Shown here: positions 1-7,532 of the stretch, one piece after another
Position numbering within the stretch: position 1 is the stretch's first letter
Layout of the letters: every line of letters starts with the position of its first letter
DNA from: Thermoproteus tenax Kra 1
GTDB taxonomy: Archaea; Thermoproteota; Thermoprotei; Thermoproteales; Thermoproteaceae
NCBI RefSeq assembly: GCF_000253055.1
Contig: NC_016070.1
Span: 1,260,001-1,292,000 of the forward strand
DNA length: 32,000 nucleotides
Direction: 5' to 3'
Made by a program: the position numbers and the translations under genes
The notes under the pieces: model-generated
The model's input: the letters and a program-made list of their open reading frames with translations, nothing else
Told to the model about the DNA's origin: nothing
The model's database searches: none

Positions 1-18
1 GAAACGTGGTAGGCATGG

Positions 19-573
19 TCACTGAGAAGACGCTCCTCCTTCTCTTTGCTTGATAATCATAGCCAAGATAAGCCCGGCGATAGTTACGCTTAAGGCGATA
101 GTTGCCGATCCCAATGCCACAACTAGGGGACCGTAGGGCCCGACGTTGGCCGACAGCGAGCTTTGCGAAAGAGAGCAGCTCAGCCTCAATACGTTGAACT
201 CGAGCACTCTGACGAGACCCTCGGCTTGTTGAGAGGTGGGCTGTTGATCGCAGTACAGAGAATAGCCCGGCGATGCGGCGTAAACTACAATGATGCGGTG
301 GTTCTCGGGACATTGTATTAGGAAGGACGTCGGCTGTTGGCTCAGAGAACACGCAGAGAAGGGGTAGCTCAGTCCCACCACTGCCCTGGAGGGAGACGAC
401 GACGGTATATTAATCCAAGTATAAGTAGAGTTGGGTATAGAATATCTCGTCTCGTTTATCTGGATATAGCCGGGGCCGAATGTGACCGTCGCGGTCTTAT
501 TTGGGCCTGTCTGTAACAGAGTTTGGGCGCTTACCAGCGCAACAACGGCGATCAACGCCACGAACAGACGCAT
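19..573 (-). CDS. Hypothetical secreted or membrane-anchored protein (signal peptide plus C-terminal TM anchor)
   Basis: 184-aa ORF with its ATG at 573-571. The N-terminus MRLFVALIAVVALVSAQ looks like a signal peptide. The C-terminus LVVALGSATIALSVTIAGLILAMII followed by KQRE looks like a TM anchor. N-x-S/T sequons (NKT, NET, NST) suggest a glycosylated surface protein. No family was recognised. Confidence 0.6.
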   Translation of the reverse strand: MRLFVALIAVVALVSAQTLLQTGPNKTATVTFGPGYIQINETRYSIPNSTYTWINIPSSSPSRAVVGLSYPFSACSLSQQPTSFLIQCPENHRIIVVYAASPGYSLYCDQQPTSQQAEGLVRVLEFNVLRLSCSLSQSSLSANVGPYGPLVVALGSATIALSVTIAGLILAMIIKQREGGASSQ

Positions 574-592
574 GGAAGGGATGCAGATGGCC

Positions 593-600
593 TTAATATT
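593..600. promoter_or_regulatory. Near-palindromic TATA-like element (TTAATATT), possibly shared by two divergent leaderless genes
   Basis: This is the only AT-rich box in the 51-nt spacer between the ATG at 573 (minus strand) and the ATG at 625 (plus strand). Its centre lies about 23 nt from one start and about 28 nt from the other, which is typical archaeal TATA-to-start spacing for leaderless mRNAs. Confidence 0.45.
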
Positions 601-624
601 TCTTTTCGAGCGTATTATCTCAAA

Positions 625-3447
625 ATGTTTTTATTTAGTACTGGCTCCGATGGCGTGTCGCTTTCCTCTCTACACGAGGCTGTAAGGAGGGCGTTGGAGG
701 AGAGGGGGTTCGTCGAACTTACCGAGCCGCAAAAAAGGGCGCTTCCACATATCCTTGAGGGAAAGAACGTGTTGATAGTGGCGCCCACGGGCTCTGGTAA
801 GACAGAGGCGGCGTTGTTGCCAATTATGTCCAAGTTCCTCGCAGAGGGCCCGGGCGATCCCGGCATATACATTCTCTACATCACTCCCCTCAGGGCGTTG
901 AACAGAGACCTTCTCGATAGACTGAAATGGTGGGGCGCCAAGCTCAACGTATCTGTGGACGTGCGCCACGGCGATACCGACGAGACTGACAGACAAAGAC
1001 AGAGCAAAAACCCGCCGCACATGCTCATCACAACGCCCGAGATGCTTCAGGCAATTCTCACCGGGAAAAGGCTCTTGGAACACTTGAGACGACTCAGATG
1101 GATCATTGTCGACGAAGTACACGAGCTAGCCGAGGACAAAAGAGGCGTTCAGCTCAGCGTAGCCCTAGAGAGGATAAGGTATCATGTCGGGAGAGACATC
1201 CAGATAGTTGGGCTTTCGGCAACTGTAGGCTCTATAGACGAGGTGGCAAAGTTCTTGTTCGGCGTTGGTAGACCCTACGTTGTAGTGCAAGTGGGCACCC
1301 GCGATATGGATCTCTCGGTGGTCAGACCAAGGCCCACTGCGCGCGACGCTGAGGAGGCAAACAGACTGGGCACACACGAGGAAGTGGCGGCGCGCCTCAG
1401 GTCCATCAAAGAGATGGTTGAAAGACATAAAACAACTTTGATATTTGTAAATACTAGGAGCATGGCCGAGCTACTCGGCTTTAGGCTGTCTCAGGCCTAT
1501 CCAGACCTCCCGGTCGCAGTGCATCACTCGTCGCTCTCCAAGATGGTGAGGCTCTCAGTTGAGAGCGGGCTCAAGAGCGGGGCCCTCAAGGCGGTGGTCG
1601 CTACATCCAGCTTGGAGTTGGGCATAGACATAGGACACGTGGACCTAGTGATACAGTACCTCTCGCCTCACCAAGTAGTGAGGTTAGTTCAGAGAGTGGG
1701 CCGAAGCGGACACAAGCTGACTCTGACGCCAAAGGGGGTAATAGTGGCCGACGATGTGAACGATGCGCTCGAGGCCATCGAGATAGTGAAGAGGGCTAAA
1801 GCCGGCATGCTTGAACAGACCAGAGTTCCCCACAAGCCCTACGACGTCTTGGCAAACCAAGTGGCAGCGTTCTTAATGTTAAAGCCGAGGTGGAGGCTCC
1901 AAGAACTATACGAGGTTATAACAAGAGCGTATCCATACCGCGATCTCACCTTGGATGAGCTCCGAAGGGTAGTCAAATTTTTGAACGAGCTGAGGCCGAG
2001 GCTCGCGCTATATTTCGAAGAGGACGACACTGTGGTCAGGCCGCGCAATAGAGGCTTTTTCCGGTACTTTTTCGAGACGCTCTCCATGATACCAGACGAA
2101 AAACAGTACGCCGTCGTCAACTCAAAGACAGGAGAATTGATAGGCACTCTCGATGAGGCCTTCGTGGCCGAATATGGCGCCCCAGGAGTTAAATTCGTCT
2201 TTAGAGGGCGGCCGTGGCTTATAACTGAGGTGGACGGCAGAGCCATAAAAGTTATCGAGGTTGACGACCCCTCTGGGGCTATCCCCAGCTGGATCGGCGA
2301 GGAGGTCCCAGTCCCCTTTGAGGTGGCCCAGGGAGTCGGCAGAATGAAGAGGGAGATCCACAGGTTGGGCAAAAGGAGGGCCATCGCAGTTTTGACCAAG
2401 ATAGGCATGTCCCGCGAGGCGGCTGAGTTCGTAGTGGGCGAGGTCTTGAGCCAGCCGGCGGACTACTTGCCTGATGATGAGACGATCGTCGTGGAGCAAT
2501 ACGCCGAAAACATCGTCATAGTGCACGCCCACCTCGGCACTCTGGCAAACAGAGCGCTGTCAAAGCTTCTGAGCGAGATTATCATAAGAGAGACTGAGCT
2601 GCCGATCGGCTTCCACCAAGACGCCTACTCTGTAATACTCCAGGCATCGAGGGGTCTCGACGCAGAGCTCGTCGTGAGAAGCCTCATGAAGTTGGCCGAG
2701 CTCTCGCCCGCTGGGTTGGCAGAGTTGGTCAAATCTGCTTTAGTGAAGTCGGGGTCGTTCAAAAGGAGGTTCTTGTATGTGGCCAAGAGGTTCGGCGCAG
2801 TGGACAAAGAGGCCGACATACACAACGTCAGCATAGGCAAATTAGTCGAGGCGTTCAGCGGAACACCTGTATTCGACGAGGCTCTGCGCGAGGCATTGGA
2901 GCAGGACCTCGACCTTGAGTCGCTCTGGCGCGTCCTCCAGAGGATAAAGGAGGGAAGTATAAGGGTCGTTCTCTCAAGGGGGAGGACCCGCTTGGGCGAA
3001 ATAGCCTACGAAAAGCTGGCGCACCGCCTGGAGATCATACCGCCGGAGCGTCTGAGGAAGCTCGTTCTAGAGAGCGTCAAGGCTCGTCTCTTGAACACGT
3101 CTATGATGTTTGTATGCGCCGATTGTGGCTGGACCGGCGTGATGAGAGTCGGCGAAATGTACGATGCCAGATGCCCCAAGTGTGGCGGAAGGCTGGGCGT
3201 CATAAGATATTTGTCCACGGACAATCTCGAAAAGGAGCTCAGACGCAAACGCGAAGAGGCTCTCAAGACCGCCGAGCTACTGGAAAAATACGGTTGGAAA
3301 GCCCTCGTGGCCCTGGCTGGCAGAATCCCGTTGGAGGACATAGAGAGTGTGTTGAAGCGGGCCAACGGCGCCGACCTCAACAAGCTTGCAGAGGCCGTGA
3401 TGGAGGCCGAGAGGGAGCACCTAAAGGCGCGCATCCTAGAGGAATAG
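625..3447 (+). CDS. lhr: Lhr-type large SF2 ATP-dependent helicase (DEAD/DEAH box, DEVH variant) with a C-terminal zinc ribbon
   Basis: The motifs are Walker A APTGSGKTEA, DEVHE box, motif III SAT and motif VI QRVGRSGH, followed by the long C-terminal extension typical of Lhr. CADCGW...CPKCGG near the C-terminus is a CxxC...CxxC ribbon. I place the start at the ATG at 625 (MFLFSTG...) rather than the track start at 523, because 523-573 overlaps the divergent gene and the TATA-like box sits at 593-600. Confidence 0.9.
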   Translation: MFLFSTGSDGVSLSSLHEAVRRALEERGFVELTEPQKRALPHILEGKNVLIVAPTGSGKTEAALLPIMSKFLAEGPGDPGIYILYITPLRALNRDLLDRLKWWGAKLNVSVDVRHGDTDETDRQRQSKNPPHMLITTPEMLQAILTGKRLLEHLRRLRWIIVDEVHELAEDKRGVQLSVALERIRYHVGRDIQIVGLSATVGSIDEVAKFLFGVGRPYVVVQVGTRDMDLSVVRPRPTARDAEEANRLGTHEEVAARLRSIKEMVERHKTTLIFVNTRSMAELLGFRLSQAYPDLPVAVHHSSLSKMVRLSVESGLKSGALKAVVATSSLELGIDIGHVDLVIQYLSPHQVVRLVQRVGRSGHKLTLTPKGVIVADDVNDALEAIEIVKRAKAGMLEQTRVPHKPYDVLANQVAAFLMLKPRWRLQELYEVITRAYPYRDLTLDELRRVVKFLNELRPRLALYFEEDDTVVRPRNRGFFRYFFETLSMIPDEKQYAVVNSKTGELIGTLDEAFVAEYGAPGVKFVFRGRPWLITEVDGRAIKVIEVDDPSGAIPSWIGEEVPVPFEVAQGVGRMKREIHRLGKRRAIAVLTKIGMSREAAEFVVGEVLSQPADYLPDDETIVVEQYAENIVIVHAHLGTLANRALSKLLSEIIIRETELPIGFHQDAYSVILQASRGLDAELVVRSLMKLAELSPAGLAELVKSALVKSGSFKRRFLYVAKRFGAVDKEADIHNVSIGKLVEAFSGTPVFDEALREALEQDLDLESLWRVLQRIKEGSIRVVLSRGRTRLGEIAYEKLAHRLEIIPPERLRKLVLESVKARLLNTSMMFVCADCGWTGVMRVGEMYDARCPKCGGRLGVIRYLSTDNLEKELRRKREEALKTAELLEKYGWKALVALAGRIPLEDIESVLKRANGADLNKLAEAVMEAEREHLKARILEE

Positions 3448-3497
3448 TCAGCCTGCCGCTTGCGTTCACCAGTCCTGATCTCCGACCATCATCACCA
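3446..3497 (-). ncRNA. Candidate C/D box sRNA (weaker of two)
   Basis: The minus strand reads GUGAUGA (3495-3489), 12 nt, AGGA, CUG, GUGAACG, 11 nt, CUGA (3451-3448). The C and D boxes are perfect, the internal D' and C' boxes are degenerate, and the overall spacing fits archaeal C/D sRNAs. It lies in the 80-nt spacer between the convergent Lhr and zinc-ribbon genes. No obvious promoter of its own was seen. Confidence 0.35.
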
Positions 3498-3527
3498 GTG
3501 ACCTTCAAACAAACGTTTTTGAGTTTG

Positions 3528-3686
3528 CTAACGGAGTATCTCGAGGCCCTCAACGCATTTTCGGCAATAGGCTATTACCCTCCCCCCAGAGATTCTAATA
3601 TATGCGGCCTCCTCCGGCTTGATCTCGGCCCCGCAGCCGGCACATCTCAGAGTGCCCGCGAGTTTGGGGAACCCGGGCGTGGACAT
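3528..3686 (-). CDS. Small zinc-ribbon protein (52 aa, CxxC...CxxC)
   Basis: The ATG at 3686-3684 gives MSTPGFPKLAGTLRCAGCGAEIKPEEAAYIRISGGRVIAYCRKCVEGLEILR. The longer 88-aa track version adds an AT-rich, promoter-like N-terminus (MLIILQMIYLHNTSH...) that does not look coding. A TATA-like TTATATTACAAA lies about 50 nt upstream. Confidence 0.5.
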   Translation of the reverse strand: MSTPGFPKLAGTLRCAGCGAEIKPEEAAYIRISGGRVIAYCRKCVEGLEILR

Positions 3687-3734
3687 CTCCCTGCCTCTGA
3701 GCCTTATTAGCCAGAAGTCCACGTCACCTCCATC

Positions 3735-3787
3735 TTTGTAATATAAACTGTGAGATGTATTATGCAAATATATCATTTGTAATATAA
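3735..3787 (-). promoter_or_regulatory. Two exact copies of the 12-mer TTTGTAATATAA (minus strand TTATATTACAAA), start-to-start offset 41 nt, TATA-box-like
   Basis: The copies lie at 3735-3746 and 3776-3787. Both sit upstream of the zinc-ribbon ORF on the minus strand and match the archaeal TATA consensus in that orientation. Confidence 0.55.
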
Positions 3788-3840
3788 TCAGCACTTCGCC
3801 GTCGTCCTCACAGCTCGGTAGCGCCCTTGAGTCATCACGG
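3788..3840 (-). ncRNA. Candidate C/D box sRNA (stronger of two)
   Basis: The minus strand reads CC-GUGAUGA (3838-3832), 13 nt, CCGA (3818-3815), GCU, GUGAGGA (3811-3805), 13 nt, CUGA (3791-3788). All four boxes are recognisable (C 7/7, D' 3/4 against CUGA with its GA kept, C' 6/7, D 4/4) and the two guide spacers are symmetric. A TATA-like ATTAATAT (3867-3860) is centred about 25 nt upstream of the 5' end. The element is intergenic, between the CitE-like gene's stop and the zinc-ribbon gene. Confidence 0.5.
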
Positions 3841-3905
3841 TTATTAACATGTTCAGCTCATATTAATGTGCTGAGATGCGGGATGTGCAGAGAGATGAAG
3901 AGCCA

Positions 3906-4733
3906 CTACCGGCTCTGAGTCCTCCTGGCGTATTCTAGCAGCCTCCTGGCGAGCTGGTAGTGGACGTAGTCCACCAGCTGGTCGTCGACTCTGATCGCGC
4001 CGCGCCCCCGCGCTCTGGCCTCCTCGTACGCCTTCACTATCTTCTCGGCTTGTCTGATCTCCTCCTCGGTCGGCGAGAACACCTCGTTGGCGATCGGTAT
4101 TTGGCTCGGGTGGATCACTTGTTTGCCCACAAAGCCCAGGGCCTTGGCTTCGGCACACTCCCTGCGGAAGCCCTCGAGGTCCTTTAGATCGAAGTATACT
4201 TTGTCTATGGGCTCCACTCCATAGGCTCTAGCCGCCGCGACGACCAACGTCTTGATGGCTTGATTGCCCTCGTAGGCTCTGTGGTGTCCCCCTACTGAGA
4301 GAGCGAAGTCTGCAACGCCATAGGAGACTGCGGCCACGCCCTCGCTCCTCACTATCTCCTCCATTTTGATAAAGCCTCTGGCTGTCTCTATGAGGGGCTC
4401 TACGGATCTGCCCGTGGCTTGATAGACAAAGTCCAGAGGCACCTCCGCCTTGGGGACTACAACGCATTTGACAACATCCAGCTTGAGGACGAGCTCTATA
4501 TCTTTATAAAAGTAGGGCGTCCACATAGGGTTTACGCGGACGCACACCTCCTTGGTCCCCCAGTCGAGCTGTGGGACTATCCTCATGAGCAGATCGCGGG
4601 CGATGTCTTTCTCCTCCGGCGGGACTGAGTCCTCTAGGTCGAGAATCACTGAGTCGGGCGACAGCTCCAGGGCAGCCTTTCTGATCATCCTCTCGTTGTT
4701 CCCCGGCACGTAGAGCTGGGATCTACGGATCAT
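3906..4733 (-). CDS. CitE/HpcH-family acyl-CoA lyase (citryl-/malyl-/citramalyl-CoA lyase beta-subunit-like)
   Basis: The protein starts MIRRSQLYVPGNNERMIRKA... and carries VILDLEDSVPPEEK (a D-x-E-D metal/substrate motif) and VIHPSQIPIANEVF, all characteristic of CitE-like lyases. The ATG at 4733 overlaps the upstream gene's stop by 4 nt (ATGA), so I prefer it to the 334-aa track start. Confidence 0.85.
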   Translation of the reverse strand: MIRRSQLYVPGNNERMIRKAALELSPDSVILDLEDSVPPEEKDIARDLLMRIVPQLDWGTKEVCVRVNPMWTPYFYKDIELVLKLDVVKCVVVPKAEVPLDFVYQATGRSVEPLIETARGFIKMEEIVRSEGVAAVSYGVADFALSVGGHHRAYEGNQAIKTLVVAAARAYGVEPIDKVYFDLKDLEGFRRECAEAKALGFVGKQVIHPSQIPIANEVFSPTEEEIRQAEKIVKAYEEARARGRGAIRVDDQLVDYVHYQLARRLLEYARRTQSR

Positions 4734-5833
4734 GCCCTTATTACCCCCTTCTCTATTAGTTCGGATATTTTCTTGTCGTCGACCCCCAGACTCTTCAATA
4801 TCTCTATAGAGTTTTCGCCTACAGCGGGGGCTCTTGAGCCATTCAATGATCCAGGCAACGGAAGCCTTGGAGCCGCTATCTTGCGATCGCTTGAGGCGAT
4901 AAAGTCCCATAATATATCTCCTTCGCTTATAAGCGTACGAATATCGTTGAGCGGGGCGGCAGGTACGTCGTTCTTTAAAAGAAGCTCTAGCAGTTCCCCT
5001 GTAGTATAGCCTTTTGTCGCCTCCTCTATTATCCTGTGCAACTCCTCTCTGTTGGCCACGCGGCCCTCGTTAGTGGCGAACTTGGGGTCTTCGCAGGCGG
5101 ACACCTTGAGGGTCTTACAGAATCTCGACCATATATTGTTGTTGGCCACAGCAATGTAAATATAACCATCCTTCGTTGGAAACAGCTCATAGGGGGCCCA
5201 GAAGGGCAGTCTATCGCCTGCGCCAGGAAAGATCTTGCCCAAGGTCTGATACGCGACTAGGTAGTATCCCAACCAAGCCACGTCTGTTTGAAATAAACTG
5301 ACCTCGTAGTAGCCCGGCCTCTTAGTGAGGAGCGCCCAGAGCACAGTTAAGGCACAGTATAAACCAGCACTCATGTCAGTGATAGAGGCAGGCAACCGCG
5401 AGTTTCCGTTGGCCCACATAACTCCGCTCGTAGCCTCTATCAGAGTCCCAAAGGCGGGCCAAGACCCTCTGGAGCCCGTAGTGGGATACCCCTTTATTGA
5501 GCAGTACACTAGCTCGCCATTTGCTTTAAAGAGAGTATCTCTATCTAAGCCCAATCTGTCCATAGCGCCGGGGGCCAGATTCTCTATTAAGACGTTGCTG
5601 GACCTCAATATCTCGAGGAAAATAGCTCTGCCCTCAGGCTTTTTCAAGTCCAAGGCCAACGACTTCTTGTTGCGGTTAAGAAACACGAAAATGGAATCCC
5701 CCATTACGTCATCGTATCTTGTGGGATCGCCTGAGGGTGGCTCGATTTTTATGACCTCAAAGCCCAAGTGGGCTAGGACCAGGCCCGCGTAGGGACCGGC
5801 TATTACGTGGCCGAGCTCAACCGCTCTGTACAT
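4730..5833 (-). CDS. Family III CoA-transferase (CaiB/BaiF family)
   Basis: The N-terminus ...GHVIAGPYAGLVLAHLGFEVIKIEPPSGDPTRY is the typical family III Rossmann-like signature, and the length is about 367 aa. I prefer the ATG at 5833 over the TTG at 5845. The gene overlaps the stop of the ligase gene. Confidence 0.88.
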   Translation of the reverse strand: MYRAVELGHVIAGPYAGLVLAHLGFEVIKIEPPSGDPTRYDDVMGDSIFVFLNRNKKSLALDLKKPEGRAIFLEILRSSNVLIENLAPGAMDRLGLDRDTLFKANGELVYCSIKGYPTTGSRGSWPAFGTLIEATSGVMWANGNSRLPASITDMSAGLYCALTVLWALLTKRPGYYEVSLFQTDVAWLGYYLVAYQTLGKIFPGAGDRLPFWAPYELFPTKDGYIYIAVANNNIWSRFCKTLKVSACEDPKFATNEGRVANREELHRIIEEATKGYTTGELLELLLKNDVPAAPLNDIRTLISEGDILWDFIASSDRKIAAPRLPLPGSLNGSRAPAVGENSIEILKSLGVDDKKISELIEKGVIRA

Positions 5834-7532
5834 TGCCCCTCTCAAGCTCTCTGCGCCTCAGCTCATACCTCTTGAGTTTTCCGGTCTCCGTTCTGGGCAA
5901 TTGATCTACAAACTCCACTTCTCTAGGATATGCATATGCGGCGAGCCGTGTTTTTACAAACTCTTGGATCTCTCTGGCCAAAATATCGCTTGGCTCAATA
6001 CCTGGTTTGAGGACTACGAAGGCCTTAACTATAGTGCCGCGGACAGGATCCGGCTTCCCAATCACGGCAGCCTCTAGGACTGCCGGATGTTTTGTGATTA
6101 CCTCCTCTATCTCCTCGGGCCCGATCCTGTAGCCTGAGACTTTTATGACGTCATCCCCTCTGCCCTTAAACCAGAGGTAGCCCTCGGCATCTTTAAGCCC
6201 CATATCTCCTATGAGGAACCAGCCGTTCTTTATTTTCGCGGCCGTGGCCTCGGGGTTTTTGAAGTACCCTAGAAATGCCACCGGATCTGGCAATTTGACA
6301 GCTATCCATCCCTCGGCATTTGGAGGAAGCGGGTTCCCCTTGTCGTCGACAACCTCGACGATGTGCCCAGGCGCAGGCTTTCCCAGCGAACCTGGCTTGG
6401 CCCAAATGGAGTTGTTAGTGACAACTAGATTAGTCTCAGTGCAGCCGTAGAACTCGTTCACTGAAGCTTTAAAAGCCTCCGAGGCCCAGAGCACAAGCTC
6501 CCGTCCTGGCGACTCTCCCGCCGTGCTCAAGGCCCTCAACTTTATATCGAAATCTTTCAACGGCTCCGGATACTCCCTTCTAATTATACGGAGAGCAGTA
6601 GGAGTTATAAAGGCCGCAGTGACTCCGTACTGTGACATCACCTCCAGCGCTCTCCGGGCACTGAAGCCGCTTGTCCTCCTGTATGCCACTACAGGCATGC
6701 CGAAGTAGAGCGAGGGCAGTACTACGTCGCCCAAGGCGCCGATCCACCCCCAGTCTGCGTTTGTCCAATATACGTCGCCATCGCGAGGGGCCATCTCAAA
6801 GTACAGTTGGTAGGTCGGTATATGGCCCAGAAGAAACCGATGGGCGTGTAGCACTCCCTTGGGCGGGCCCGTGCTGCCCGATGTATAAAACAACTGGGCC
6901 GGCTCATCGCTCTCTGTCTCGGCTATTTCCGCTGATCCGGCCTTGGTCTGATCCTCGAAAGACAACTCCTTGCCGCCAGAGGGCTCTGAACCCACTACAT
7001 ATATCGCTCTTATTGTGTTCAATCTATTCGCTATCGAGATCGCCTCTTTCTTCGTGCCGTCTGTCACAAACGCCTTTGCCTCGCTGTGTTTCAATCTGTA
7101 TTCTACTCCCTCGGTCCCTATCAACGGAGATATCGACAATGCAATTGCTCCTATCTTATAAATGGCGCTTAGAGCGATTACAACCTCCGGCCCAGGGTAG
7201 AGATATACGCCAACGACGTCCCCCTTCCTTACTCCGTTGTCCAGAAGCGATCTCGCAAACGCGTCGGACCTAGTCTTCAGTTCGCTGAATCTTACAACTT
7301 CTCTCCGCCCCTCGTCGTCCTCGTAATATATCGCAACGTTTTCTCCGCGTCCCAACGCGATTGCTCTGTCCGTTATAGCATATCCTATATTAAAATATTT
7401 TGGTATATTCCAAATAAATTTTCTATATATATCTTCATATGAATTAAAAGAAAAATTTCTTATATCTATTTCTAGTCTATCGCTATACGCTTTGGGATAT
7501 TTAATACCGTTCACAGCAGTTCCTGGCAACAC
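5817..7532 (-). CDS. AMP-forming acyl-CoA synthetase/ligase (ANL superfamily)
   Basis: It has the AMP-binding P-loop YTSGSTGPPKGV, then GDMGLKDAEGYLWFKGRGDDVIKVSGYRIGPEEIE and a C-terminal ...TGKLKR. The start is either the GTG at 7532 or the GTG at 7514, which overlaps the transporter's TGA as GTGA. Confidence 0.9.
   Translation of the reverse strand: MLPGTAVNGIKYPKAYSDRLEIDIRNFSFNSYEDIYRKFIWNIPKYFNIGYAITDRAIALGRGENVAIYYEDDEGRREVVRFSELKTRSDAFARSLLDNGVRKGDVVGVYLYPGPEVVIALSAIYKIGAIALSISPLIGTEGVEYRLKHSEAKAFVTDGTKKEAISIANRLNTIRAIYVVGSEPSGGKELSFEDQTKAGSAEIAETESDEPAQLFYTSGSTGPPKGVLHAHRFLLGHIPTYQLYFEMAPRDGDVYWTNADWGWIGALGDVVLPSLYFGMPVVAYRRTSGFSARRALEVMSQYGVTAAFITPTALRIIRREYPEPLKDFDIKLRALSTAGESPGRELVLWASEAFKASVNEFYGCTETNLVVTNNSIWAKPGSLGKPAPGHIVEVVDDKGNPLPPNAEGWIAVKLPDPVAFLGYFKNPEATAAKIKNGWFLIGDMGLKDAEGYLWFKGRGDDVIKVSGYRIGPEEIEEVITKHPAVLEAAVIGKPDPVRGTIVKAFVVLKPGIEPSDILAREIQEFVKTRLAAYAYPREVEFVDQLPRTETGKLKRYELRRRELERGNVQSG

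Noticed and set aside
1024-1030. C-box-like heptamers (GUGAUGA/AUGAUGA, perfect or with one mismatch) inside coding regions, on either strand. Examples are 1024-1030, 2474-2480, 3138-3144, 11094-11100, 14903-14909, 15339-15345 and 19373-19379.
   Set aside because: None has a CUGA D box 35-45 nt downstream, and all lie inside well-supported CDSs. Roughly this number of heptamer hits is expected by chance in 64 kb of two-strand sequence.
7380-7500. A strongly AT-rich patch inside the 5' end of the acyl-CoA ligase gene, considered as an internal promoter or a foreign insertion.
   Set aside because: The reading frame is continuous, and the encoded peptide (...FIWNIPKYFNIGYAITDRAIALG...) is the normal N-terminal region of AMP-forming ligases. 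The AT bias follows from the I/N/K/F/Y-rich amino-acid composition. An internal promoter cannot be excluded, but nothing requires one.
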